Part shown: positions 48,864-58,200 of the stretch, piece by piece
How positions within the stretch are numbered: the stretch's first letter is position 1
Layout of the letters: every line of letters begins with the position of its first letter
Origin: Thermodesulfobacteriota bacterium
Lineage (GTDB): Bacteria > Desulfobacterota > Anaeroferrophillalia > Anaeroferrophillales > Tharpellaceae
NCBI GenBank assembly: GCA_024763535.1
Contig: JANTFH010000002.1
Span: 8,338-72,337 of the forward strand
DNA: 64,000 nucleotides
Reading direction: 5' to 3'
The notes under the pieces: generated by a model
The model's input: the letters and a program-made list of their open reading frames with translations, nothing else
Told to the model about the DNA's origin: nothing
Databases searched by the model: none
Translations under genes and position numbers: made by a program

Positions 48864-49185
48864 ATTTACTTGACGGTGTTAAGGGTGGGCAAATGTTTTT
48901 TTTGACAGTTTTTTGTGAAAAATATTGCTTATTTCCCGTCGTCTGGCAGAAGGGCTTGTATTTTTTTTCATTAAGGATTAGGAATAGTAAGCCTAAATTG
49001 TTCATTGTTTTTTTTTATGTTTTGCTATCATGTTGTTTATTAAGACCATTTAGCTTGGCGATAGAATATTGTATACAATAAAATTAAGTTGCCATAGGGC
49101 TGTTTTTAGCGTATAGGAATAGTGTTATATTCGCGTCATTTTCAATAGAGTGTAATTTCAGCAATTATTCAGGAGAGATAAGTAG

Positions 49186-52100
49186 ATGGCTTTGAAGCAT
49201 AGAGAGATAGATTTCAAAAAAGATTTTGAGTTTAATTTTAACGGTGCCCGACTTTTTGACCGGGATCGCTATGTTGATGAGATAAAACAGATCGCCGGAG
49301 AAGATTTTGCCAAGATGCGTGAGCAACTCGATTTTATCGGCGACGGCAACAGTGCCACGGTTAATGTCCTGAAGCGGACAGTCACCGGCCTGGTAGGTTA
49401 TCCGATTACCCCCTCAACTCCGATTGCGGAGGGGATGGCAAAAGCCTACGCCGATGGTTTTGTCAATGTTTTCGGCGAGCGGATTTTCTACTTCCAACCG
49501 GAGAGCGAATTAGGAGCCATGGCCTTTTTGGAGGGAGCCGCGTCTCAGGGGGGACGCTACGCGGATAATACCTCATCCCAGGGTCTGACCTACAAGTATA
49601 AGAATATGTATTCGGTGGCCGGAAAACGGCTGCCGGTAGTCATGACGATGCAGACTCGTGAACTCAACAAAGGCAGCTTGAGTATTCATAATGGTCACGC
49701 TGATATCTATGCCGCCCGGGGTGCCGGCTGGCTGCAGTTTATGAGTGCCGACAATCAGGAGATGCACTATCTGATCCCTCTGGCGTTCAAGGCGATTGAG
49801 CAGCGTCAGTTGATGCTGCCCGCGATTGTCGCCGGAGAAGGATTTCTTAAGAGTCACAGTGTTGAAAATATCAAGATCGTTTCCGATCAGTTTCTAAAAT
49901 ACTTTCTTGGCGATCCCAACCGTTTCTTTCAGCCGGATTTCAAAAATCCGGTGCTGATGGGAACCTTCACCGACATCGGGACAACCATGCCGACCCAGAT
50001 GAAACAGGATCTGGCACTGCTTAACGCGAAGAAGTATGTCAAGGCCGCCATGGGGGTTATGAATGCCATTCTGGGTACTTCACTGGATGTGGTTGAAGAC
50101 TATTATGCTTCCGAATCGGAATATGTAATTGTCTGTCTCGGGGCCGCGGGCGGCACCATTAAAGAGGCGGTTGATTACTATCGCAGTAAAGGGGTGTCGG
50201 TCGGCCTTTTGCGGCCGGTACTTTTCTACCCGGTCTGTACCGAAGAGATCGCCCGCGGCATCCAGAATGCTAAAGTGGTTTCAGTCCTGGAAAAAACCGC
50301 TCTTGCCAATGAGCGCTACCTGTTGCGGGATGTCAAACATGCGGCTTACAATGAGCGGACCGGCCGTAGTTTTAATCCGGTAATAACCTCCGGTATTTAC
50401 GGCCTGGGAAGTCAGGATTTCAGTATTGAAGACTGTTTTGCTGTTATTGAAAATATGCTTTCCAAGAAACCGGCCGGAATTTACGGACTTGGTATCAAGG
50501 GGCCGAAGGTTCTGGAAAAAGTAAGTCATGATGATTTTGTTGAGAGTGAAGTTGGTCTGGGTTTCATCGGGGTCGGGGCGGAAGGAGTAAAAACCGCTCA
50601 GGAGACCCTGGCCAAGATTATTGCCAGGGCCGGGAAATATGTGCAGACCAGTGCCAAATATGGCGCCTCACGCAAGGGCGGGATGGTCGTCATGAATGCC
50701 CGGGTCGCGACTGAACCGATTCGCAACTGTTCCGATGTCAGTAAGGTTGAAACCCTGGCGGTATTTAATGATAAGTATCTACTTGACAACAGTCTCTTAA
50801 AATTTATCAAGGGCGTAAAAGCAGGCGGTTATCTGGTAGTTAACACGGTTAAGAGTTATGATGAGTTGAAGAGTCTGGCTACGCCTGAAGTCCGGGGACT
50901 CCTGGAGAAAGCCGCCTTCAGTTTGGTTTTGCTTGACGCGACTGGAGCTTCGGTTAAATTGTTGAAACGTAACCTGCCGGGAACGCCTATCCTAGGGGCT
51001 ATTAACCGGATTATTGAGCTTTTGCCCGGAGATGAGTTTAATAAAGCTTTCCGGAGCGAACTGGCGGGGAAATTCAAGGGCCAGAAAGCTAAACTTGTTG
51101 ATATAAATATGGAACTTCTGGAGGTTCCCTACGAGTTGGTGAAGGCTCGGAAGAGCGCCTCCCTGAGTTCCGTGGCAGAAGCTGGTGCCGGCGGCAACGG
51201 TACTGCCGTTAAACCACTGGTCAAGAAGATTTACTACGATCCGCCGGTTTCACGCGGTTATGATGAATCCGATGAGGATGCCGTCATTACCTTCCCCTCG
51301 GTTCTGGGTGATAAATACCGGCCTCTGTTTATCGAGAAAGTACTAAAACCGATACAGCGCGGGGAAGAGATTCCCTGGGATCAATATTATAATATCGTTC
51401 CGGCAAAAACCTCAGAGTTTAATGACACCAGCCTTATCGGCACAGTGCTGCCGGTCTTTTCGGCCCGGAAGTGTATTGCCTGCGGTCTCTGTATTACGAC
51501 CTGTCCCGATAATGCCCTGCGGGTGACGGTTCTTCATGATCGCGAATACGAGGTCCTGGCGGATTCCGAGAAAACTCTTTTTCGACCCCTGGAGTTAAAG
51601 AAATTTACCGGTTATCGCGACGCGGTTTTTAAAGACAGCTATTTCAATATCAATGTCGTGCCGCAATACTGTAAAGGGTGCGGAGCCTGTGTCGAGATTT
51701 GTAAGGCGAAGGCGTTCTCTCTGGTGGATAAAACCAGCATTGAAAATGATGCGGATGAGCGTTTTCTCAATCCGGCTGTCTATGAGAGTGATGTCAGCAG
51801 TGCGGTTGCGCCTTACGTTAAGGAGAATCGTTATCTGCAACAGTTGATGCTGCTCTACTCCGGCCAGAAATTTCTCCCCGGCGGCCACAGTCTCTGTCCC
51901 GGCTGCGGTGAAGGCATAATTGAGAATCTGGTTTTTGCGGCAACCGAAATGGTGCGTCGCAATCCCCGCTTGATTGCTGATTTCTACCGTTCAATTCCTG
52001 ATCTGATGACCCGGGATCACGGCCGGGGGCTGCAGCATATGATCGATCACGGCTTTGATGTCTATACGGTTAATGCCACCGGCTGTGCCGAGGTTTCATG

Positions 52101-52962
52101 CCTGAGCAATCCCTATAATGCCAGAGTCTATCCTTCCGGCCATTATGGTTTCGGGACTGCCAGTGCAGCAGCTTTAGGAGCCAGGATTTCACTTTTTAAT
52201 GCCTTTCGTAACCAGTATCTGGATAAGCTGACCAAGGTTCTGGTGTTCGGCGGCGACGGCTCTTTTTACGATATCGGTAATCAGGGGCTCAACTTTGCTT
52301 TAGGTGAGAATCAGGATGTTACCTGGATCATCTACAACAATGAAGCCTACATGAATACCGGTTTTCAGAAATCGGGCGCCAGCCGTTTCGGTTCCAACCG
52401 GACAACCTCGCCCTACGGTCTTGAACTTCAGGGCAAAGACGACTTTCACCGCGAGATTGTCAGTCAGGGGATCGCTATTCCCGGGGTCTATGTGGCCCGT
52501 CTGTCGCTGGCTAATCCGGTGCACACCATGCGCGTTTTAACTGAGGCTATCGCTTACAAGGGGCCGTCGTTGATCGAGTTCTTCTCGCCTTGTCCTACGG
52601 GTCAGGGAATGGCGACCGATGATATGCCGATAACTCTGTCAAAAATGATGGTGGAATCACGCGCCTGGACCATCTTTACGAGAAAGCCTTATACCCAGAT
52701 CGATCTCACCGGTAATCCTGATCCGGGAGAGATCTATCCGAAAACCCGCAAGGTTAAGGGGAAAGAGGTGAAGCCGGCAGGTTTTCGTGATATTGTCAAT
52801 CTTCTGGGCCAGTTTACCGGAGATGAGGATACGCTTAATAAAATTGTCAAGGTCAATGAGCGGCAGAATCTCTATCTCTGGTCCCGTTATCAGTATCGGG
52901 CCGGACTGCGGGAAGATGTTCTGACGGAAGATGAAATCAACGATTTAATCAAAGATCGTTAG
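49186..52962 (+). CDS. por: Single-chain pyruvate (2-oxoacid):ferredoxin oxidoreductase
   Basis: YPITP, ESE...TSSQGL, gamma domain, two ferredoxin motifs (CIACGLCITTC; CKGCGACVEIC), CPGCGE, TPP motif GGDGSFYDIG...NNEAYMNTG. Confidence 0.9.
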   Translation: MALKHREIDFKKDFEFNFNGARLFDRDRYVDEIKQIAGEDFAKMREQLDFIGDGNSATVNVLKRTVTGLVGYPITPSTPIAEGMAKAYADGFVNVFGERIFYFQPESELGAMAFLEGAASQGGRYADNTSSQGLTYKYKNMYSVAGKRLPVVMTMQTRELNKGSLSIHNGHADIYAARGAGWLQFMSADNQEMHYLIPLAFKAIEQRQLMLPAIVAGEGFLKSHSVENIKIVSDQFLKYFLGDPNRFFQPDFKNPVLMGTFTDIGTTMPTQMKQDLALLNAKKYVKAAMGVMNAILGTSLDVVEDYYASESEYVIVCLGAAGGTIKEAVDYYRSKGVSVGLLRPVLFYPVCTEEIARGIQNAKVVSVLEKTALANERYLLRDVKHAAYNERTGRSFNPVITSGIYGLGSQDFSIEDCFAVIENMLSKKPAGIYGLGIKGPKVLEKVSHDDFVESEVGLGFIGVGAEGVKTAQETLAKIIARAGKYVQTSAKYGASRKGGMVVMNARVATEPIRNCSDVSKVETLAVFNDKYLLDNSLLKFIKGVKAGGYLVVNTVKSYDELKSLATPEVRGLLEKAAFSLVLLDATGASVKLLKRNLPGTPILGAINRIIELLPGDEFNKAFRSELAGKFKGQKAKLVDINMELLEVPYELVKARKSASLSSVAEAGAGGNGTAVKPLVKKIYYDPPVSRGYDESDEDAVITFPSVLGDKYRPLFIEKVLKPIQRGEEIPWDQYYNIVPAKTSEFNDTSLIGTVLPVFSARKCIACGLCITTCPDNALRVTVLHDREYEVLADSEKTLFRPLELKKFTGYRDAVFKDSYFNINVVPQYCKGCGACVEICKAKAFSLVDKTSIENDADERFLNPAVYESDVSSAVAPYVKENRYLQQLMLLYSGQKFLPGGHSLCPGCGEGIIENLVFAATEMVRRNPRLIADFYRSIPDLMTRDHGRGLQHMIDHGFDVYTVNATGCAEVSCLSNPYNARVYPSGHYGFGTASAAALGARISLFNAFRNQYLDKLTKVLVFGGDGSFYDIGNQGLNFALGENQDVTWIIYNNEAYMNTGFQKSGASRFGSNRTTSPYGLELQGKDDFHREIVSQGIAIPGVYVARLSLANPVHTMRVLTEAIAYKGPSLIEFFSPCPTGQGMATDDMPITLSKMMVESRAWTIFTRKPYTQIDLTGNPDPGEIYPKTRKVKGKEVKPAGFRDIVNLLGQFTGDEDTLNKIVKVNERQNLYLWSRYQYRAGLREDVLTEDEINDLIKDR

Positions 52963-52998
52963 AACCTCTACTCACCGAAAGAAACCTGAAAAAACCTC

Positions 52999-53034
52999 AA
53001 AAAAAGCCCCTTATCATTTTAAGGGGCTTTTTTT
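52999..53034 (+). terminator. Intrinsic terminator after the oxidoreductase
   Basis: AAAAAAAGCCCCTTA-loop-TAAGGGGCTTTTTTT. Confidence 0.9.
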
Positions 53035-53182
53035 GGGGTAGACTTTTTCCCCTCGGCAGACTATATTGAACTTTAATTGTCGGGTTTTTCAGCCGGTGAC
53101 CACAACTGGCGGCGACCCTGATTAATCATGGTTTTATTGTAGAGCTGGTAGCGCCCAGCAAAAGTTTTTTAAGGAGATCTAA

Positions 53183-54013
53183 ATGAAACGTCTAATAATT
53201 GGAATAGTTGTGATGGTGGTAATTGCCGGGGCGGCAGTCTTGCTGGTTATGCAGAATCATAAAGTAGCGTATTCCGCTAAAACGGAAAATCCCGTGGCTT
53301 CTCCAGCTAAATCAGTGCCCTCGGCCGGAACTCTCAGCGGCAAGGTTTTAGAGACGATGGACAGCGGCGGCTACACTTATGTGCTTTTAGATACCGCCAA
53401 CGGGAAAAAGTGGGTGGCGGCTCCGAAAACCGTGGTTACCGTCGGTCAGACGGCCGCTTTCGCTCCGGGAATGGTTATGCACAAATTTAAGAGTGAAACT
53501 CTTAATCGAACCTTTGATGAAGTTGTTTTCTCTCCCGGCAAAGCGGGCGGTCATGGCGGCGGCCCGGCGGCTATGGGAGGAGCCTGCCCGAGCGGCGGCA
53601 AAAAGAATGGTTCCGGATCGTCCATGGGCTCGATGGGCGGGGGTATGGGTGCGATGCAGTCTTCCGGCCGGGTAATCGTACCGCCGGTTGATCTGGCTAT
53701 TGAGAAAGCTCCGGGAGACAATGCCTTCACGGTTGTGGAAATTTATCAGCAGGGACCGAAACTGGATAAGAAAAAGGTTGTTGTCCGCGGTAAAGTGGTT
53801 AAAGTCTCTCCGAATATTATGGGGAAAAACTGGATTCATATGCAGGACGGCAGCGGCGATTCGAAAAACGGCACACATGATCTGGTTTTAACCTCACAAC
53901 AACAGCCTAAGGTCGGTGAAATCCTTATTGCTGAAGGGGTTCTGGCAGCCGATAAGGATTTCGGGGCCGGCTATCGCTACAAGGTTATTGTCGAGGAGAC
54001 CACATTTAAGTAA
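53183..54013 (+). CDS. Exported NrfJ-like / OB-fold protein with Met/Gly-rich linker
   Basis: N-terminal signal/TM; GKVLETMDSGGYTYV...WVAAP; second domain VVVRGKVVK...NWIHMQDGSG...KDFGAGY. Confidence 0.65.
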   Translation: MKRLIIGIVVMVVIAGAAVLLVMQNHKVAYSAKTENPVASPAKSVPSAGTLSGKVLETMDSGGYTYVLLDTANGKKWVAAPKTVVTVGQTAAFAPGMVMHKFKSETLNRTFDEVVFSPGKAGGHGGGPAAMGGACPSGGKKNGSGSSMGSMGGGMGAMQSSGRVIVPPVDLAIEKAPGDNAFTVVEIYQQGPKLDKKKVVVRGKVVKVSPNIMGKNWIHMQDGSGDSKNGTHDLVLTSQQQPKVGEILIAEGVLAADKDFGAGYRYKVIVEETTFK

Positions 54014-54048
54014 TCATAAAAGCTTATCTTTGCAAACGATAGTTTTTT

Positions 54049-54085
54049 ACAGAGGCGCCGGGTTGATGAAATCCGGCGCCTCTGT
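54049..54085 (+). terminator. Intrinsic terminator between convergent genes
   Basis: ACAGAGGCGCCGG-loop-CCGGCGCCTCTGT followed by TTT. Confidence 0.8.
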
Positions 54086-54086
54086 T

Positions 54087-55916
54087 TTATGGTGGACTTT
54101 GATTGAATTTTTCCAGTTGTTCGCGGTAGTATTCACGCCGGTCCGGGTCAGACAGGTTTTTGAGAATATCTTCTTCAATAGCAATGGCCTGTTTTTGTTC
54201 CTGATGCCGCCAGCAGGCTTCGGCCAGGGTGTCGAGGATATAGGGCTCGGGTTTTAAGTCAGCGGCTTTTCGGGCCAGGGTCAGAGCCCGGCCGTAATCA
54301 CGCAGTTTCAGATCTTTTGCTGTGAGTAGGAGCCAGGCCAGACTGTTGAGGACTTCCGGGTCTTCAGGATTACGCTGCCGAGCTTGATGCAGGGCTTTAA
54401 TAGCCTTGTCTTCCTGATTATTCTCGATATAGAGAGAAGCCAGTAAAAACCAGAGTTCAGGCCGATCCGGCTCTTTCCGCAGTTGATGTTCAATCTTGAT
54501 ACCCAGATAACGATAATGCAGCTTGGTGATCATGTTGTTCTGCTGCCAGTAGATTCCGGGTAGAGAAATCAGACTGAAAATGGCAATATAGAGCAGCAGA
54601 CATTTTTTCAGAAAGCGGTGGTGCCTGGTTGCGACTGCCTGGTTTGTCAGGGCCGTTTGCAGAAAAGTTATCCGCTGCGGAATGTTAAAGTGATGCCAGT
54701 TGGGTTTTCGCCCCGCCGCCCCCAGAAGCAGACCCAGCTTATTAAAGGCCGAAACCAGTTCATAGCCGAAACCCGGCGGGTCGAGGCTGGCCAGATCCGC
54801 CTGACGTTCAAAGTTGCGCAGAAAAAATCCGAAGACATAACGGAAAAAGAGGAAATAGATGATTAAGAGTGGAAAAATCTCGAGGCATGAGAGCAGTGTG
54901 TTTTCAGCCATTAAACCATTTTCGAGCAGATAGACGATCGGTGCGGTTGTCAGTGCCCAGGCCAGCATCAGATCATAATAGAGGAAATTGCAGACAAAAA
55001 AACTTAAGAAAAAGAAGAGAAAAATAAGCAGATGGTGATAGCGGACATGGCCCAGTTCATGGCTGGTGACAGCCAGAATCTCATCATCATTGAGCAGGTG
55101 AATCAGATCCGGGGTTAAAAGCAGATAGCGGCTGCAGGCAAAAGCTCCAACTACCGCTGCGGTTGCCATTCTTCCCTCGAAGGCGGGCCATATAAGAATC
55201 CGGCGATAGCCGATCTTCTGGCTGTGACAGAGTGCCGCAAGCTTTAGCCGCAGGTCTGAGTCAGGTAGACTGGAACAGCCCCAGAAACGTACCAGCAAGG
55301 GCGGTGCCACGGTTGTGAAAAGCAGCAGGAAGGCGATAAAGAGTGCAACTTCACCCAGCGGCTGCTGCAGTATCTCCGCCAGCGGCTGCGGTATCATAAA
55401 GTTAAGAAGATCAACGGCAAAAAGCAGAGTCAGCCAGGGAACCATAAGCCCCAAGGCAAACCGCAGCCGGGCCTTGATGTAGGCGGAGGCTGGGTGGAGC
55501 AGGATTATATCTTGAGAAAAACGGCGATGGCTCTCCCGCCAGATAATCGTCTGCAGCAGGAAAAACATGGACAGTCCGATAAGATTGTTGACTCCCTCGC
55601 TGGCGGCGGCCGGCGGCAGCGAGTCGATCAGTGATCCCAGGCCGGTACCGTAAATCATGCCGGAGAAGACGATTACCGCCCCTGCCTGTAATTCCAGCTG
55701 CAGGCGATCATAGAGGGCGGGCAGCTGCCTGCGATCCGGGTCGGTGGCTTTCCGGTAGACCATCCGGCAGCGGTAGCTGACGATCACGTAAAAAAGGGCA
55801 AACAGGCCGGTTGTCAGTAACAGGCTGGTCGCGGTCGTCATCCCTTCAGGCGGGCTATCTGGGTGAGTGGAGTAGATCAGGATGACAATGATATAAAAAA
55901 TAAGTGACTGATACAT
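54087..55916 (-). CDS. M48-family membrane zinc metalloprotease with C-terminal TPRs
   Basis: Multiple TMs, SHELGH (HExxH), FERQAD, HFNIPQRI, TPR tail (LNSLAWLL, PYILDTLA). Confidence 0.9.
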   Translation of the reverse strand: MYQSLIFYIIVILIYSTHPDSPPEGMTTATSLLLTTGLFALFYVIVSYRCRMVYRKATDPDRRQLPALYDRLQLELQAGAVIVFSGMIYGTGLGSLIDSLPPAAASEGVNNLIGLSMFFLLQTIIWRESHRRFSQDIILLHPASAYIKARLRFALGLMVPWLTLLFAVDLLNFMIPQPLAEILQQPLGEVALFIAFLLLFTTVAPPLLVRFWGCSSLPDSDLRLKLAALCHSQKIGYRRILIWPAFEGRMATAAVVGAFACSRYLLLTPDLIHLLNDDEILAVTSHELGHVRYHHLLIFLFFFLSFFVCNFLYYDLMLAWALTTAPIVYLLENGLMAENTLLSCLEIFPLLIIYFLFFRYVFGFFLRNFERQADLASLDPPGFGYELVSAFNKLGLLLGAAGRKPNWHHFNIPQRITFLQTALTNQAVATRHHRFLKKCLLLYIAIFSLISLPGIYWQQNNMITKLHYRYLGIKIEHQLRKEPDRPELWFLLASLYIENNQEDKAIKALHQARQRNPEDPEVLNSLAWLLLTAKDLKLRDYGRALTLARKAADLKPEPYILDTLAEACWRHQEQKQAIAIEEDILKNLSDPDRREYYREQLEKFNQSPP

Positions 55917-56143
55917 AAAAATAGGATATCCGGGTAATTTGAGTTTTTTATCGGCTGAAAGCCGGTTCTGAAATCCATCGGGTTTGTAGCATGGATTCGC
56001 TTCTATGGGAACCGGTGATTATTTTAGGAGTCATCCTCCTGAAAATCAAGCTGAGCACGACTTCATTGTTTGACTTAGCCCGGCATATCCGATAATAATG
56101 CTGTCAATATCCTTTTGTAACTCCTCAGCCTGATAGTAAGTCC

Positions 56144-56322
56144 GGGGTCGGTGGCGGCTTTTCTCCGCTAGGCGTTAAGATTTCTGTTTTTCCTTGCACT
56201 CGCTTTGCCCGCATTGCAAAACTCGCTTCGCTCAAACAGTTGCAACGCCTATGGGCTCTCGCTCATTGGGAAAAACAACGAAATCATTTCCGCAACCGCT
56301 TAAGAAAAACCGCCACCGCCCC
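56144..56322. repeat. ~180-bp nested stem-loop element, copy A
   Basis: Outer IR GGGGTCGGTGGCGGCTTTTCT/AGAAAAACCGCCACCGCCCC; GATTTCTGTTTTTCC/GGAAAAACAACGAAATC; TTGCAA/TTGCAA closing AACTCGCTTCGCTCAAACAG. Confidence 0.75.
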
Positions 56323-56434
56323 CTTAAGCAAGACGGGAGATATTATTTGGCTTAAGTAGTTACAATATTTTTAAGTTCTCATATGATGATTGATCGATAA
56401 AATTGTCCACCGGTAGATGAAAAGGGGTTGTTAA

Positions 56435-58159
56435 GTGAAAGAGCAGAGTTGTGAAACAAAATCAGCAGAAGAACGGGTTAACTTTATTCAGCAGCAGATT
56501 GTCGATGATCTGCAGGCCGGGAAAAACGGCGGTCTGGTTCATACCCGGTTTCCGCCTGAACCCAATGGCTATCTGCATATCGGGCATGCCAAATCGATCT
56601 GTCTCAATTTCGGTCTGGCAAAAACCTTTGCCGGAGTCTGCAACCTGCGCTTTGATGATACCAATCCCAGCAAAGAAGATGTTGAGTATGTGGATTCCAT
56701 CAAAGAGGATGTCAAATGGCTCGGTTTTGACTGGGGTGAAAATGAGTTTTTCGCGTCCAACTATTTTGCCGAACTTCACGATTACGCGGTTCAGCTGATC
56801 AAGATGGGCCGGGCCTACGTTTGTGATCTGACCCCGGCTGAAATGCGGGAGTATCGCGGCACCCTTAAGGAACCCGGTCGAAACAGCCCCTTTCGGGAGC
56901 GTTCGGTAGCTGAGAATCTTGACCTGTTTGCCCGGATGCGAGCCGGGGAATTTGCTGACGGTACCCGGGTTCTGCGCGCTAAAATTGATATGGCTTCCGG
57001 TAATATGAATATGCGTGATCCGGTAATCTACCGGATCGCCAAGGTTCCGCATCATCGTACCGGTACGCAGTGGTGTATCTATCCTATGTACGATTTTGCC
57101 CACGGTCTTTCCGATGCGATTGAGGGGATTACCCACTCAATATGTACCCTTGAGTTTGAGGATCACCGGCCACTGTACGACTGGTTTATCGAGCAGTTGC
57201 AGACCCCGGCCCGGCCCCGGCAGATTGAGTTTGCCCGGCTGAACCTGAGTTACACGGTGATGAGTAAGCGAAAATTGATGCAGCTGGTTGATGAAAATCT
57301 GGTTTCCGGCTGGGATGACCCGCGTCTGCCGACCCTCTCCGGTTTAAGACGTCGGGGTTACACGCCGGCCTCAATCCGGAATTTTTGCGAACGGATCGGG
57401 CTGGCTAAACGTAACAGTATGGTCGATGTTGCTCTTTTAGAACATGCCGTGCGTGAGGGTCTCAATAAAGAAGCGGCCCGCTATATGGCCGTGCTGCGGC
57501 CGTTGAAGGTGATTATTGAGAATTATCCGGAGGCTCAGGTGGAAGAGCTGGATGCGGTTAATAATCCCGAAGATGAGAGTATGGGGCGGCGTAAGGTTCC
57601 TTTTGCCCGGGAACTTTATGTGGAGCAGGACGATTTTATGGAGGATGCCCCGAAAAAATTCTATCGTCTGACCCCGGGTCGGGAGGTACGGCTGCGTTAC
57701 GCCTATTATATCCGCTGCGAGCGGGTCGAAAAAGATGAGAACGGTGCGGTGACGACTCTCTACTGTACCTATGATCCGGCCACCAGGGGCGGTTCATCTC
57801 CGGATGGCCGCAAGGTTAAGTCGACCTTGCACTGGGTGGCCGCAAAAACCGCAGTTTCGGCCGAAGTCAGGCTTTATGACCGGCTCTTTTTAGATCCCGA
57901 CCCCGCGGCGGAAAAAGACGGTGCTTCTTTTACGACAAAAATCAACCCCGATTCCCTTGAAGTCTTAAACGACTGTAAACTGGAACCGGCTCTGGCGGAA
58001 ATCAGCGCGGAGACGGCGGTACAATTTGAACGACTGGGTTATTTTATCGTCGATAACAAGGAGAGTACGCCCGCAAAACCGGTTTTCAACCGGACCGTTA
58101 CATTACGGGATAACTGGGCCAAAAAGGCGGGGAACAAGCGCTTGGGAAAGCGGCGCTGA
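56435..58159 (+). CDS. glnS: Glutamine--tRNA ligase
   Basis: [50 protein letters not shown]. Confidence 0.98.
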   Translation: MKEQSCETKSAEERVNFIQQQIVDDLQAGKNGGLVHTRFPPEPNGYLHIGHAKSICLNFGLAKTFAGVCNLRFDDTNPSKEDVEYVDSIKEDVKWLGFDWGENEFFASNYFAELHDYAVQLIKMGRAYVCDLTPAEMREYRGTLKEPGRNSPFRERSVAENLDLFARMRAGEFADGTRVLRAKIDMASGNMNMRDPVIYRIAKVPHHRTGTQWCIYPMYDFAHGLSDAIEGITHSICTLEFEDHRPLYDWFIEQLQTPARPRQIEFARLNLSYTVMSKRKLMQLVDENLVSGWDDPRLPTLSGLRRRGYTPASIRNFCERIGLAKRNSMVDVALLEHAVREGLNKEAARYMAVLRPLKVIIENYPEAQVEELDAVNNPEDESMGRRKVPFARELYVEQDDFMEDAPKKFYRLTPGREVRLRYAYYIRCERVEKDENGAVTTLYCTYDPATRGGSSPDGRKVKSTLHWVAAKTAVSAEVRLYDRLFLDPDPAAEKDGASFTTKINPDSLEVLNDCKLEPALAEISAETAVQFERLGYFIVDNKESTPAKPVFNRTVTLRDNWAKKAGNKRLGKRR

Positions 58160-58200
58160 TAACCCGGTTTGTAGAGGCTTAAGAGATAGTCTTAGCTTTT

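Noticed and set aside
48654-49081. Short ORFs 48654..48905 and 48893..49081 as istB remnant or small proteins
   Set aside because: No IstB motif recognisable in these translations; low-complexity Phe-rich sequence from AT-rich intergenic DNA.
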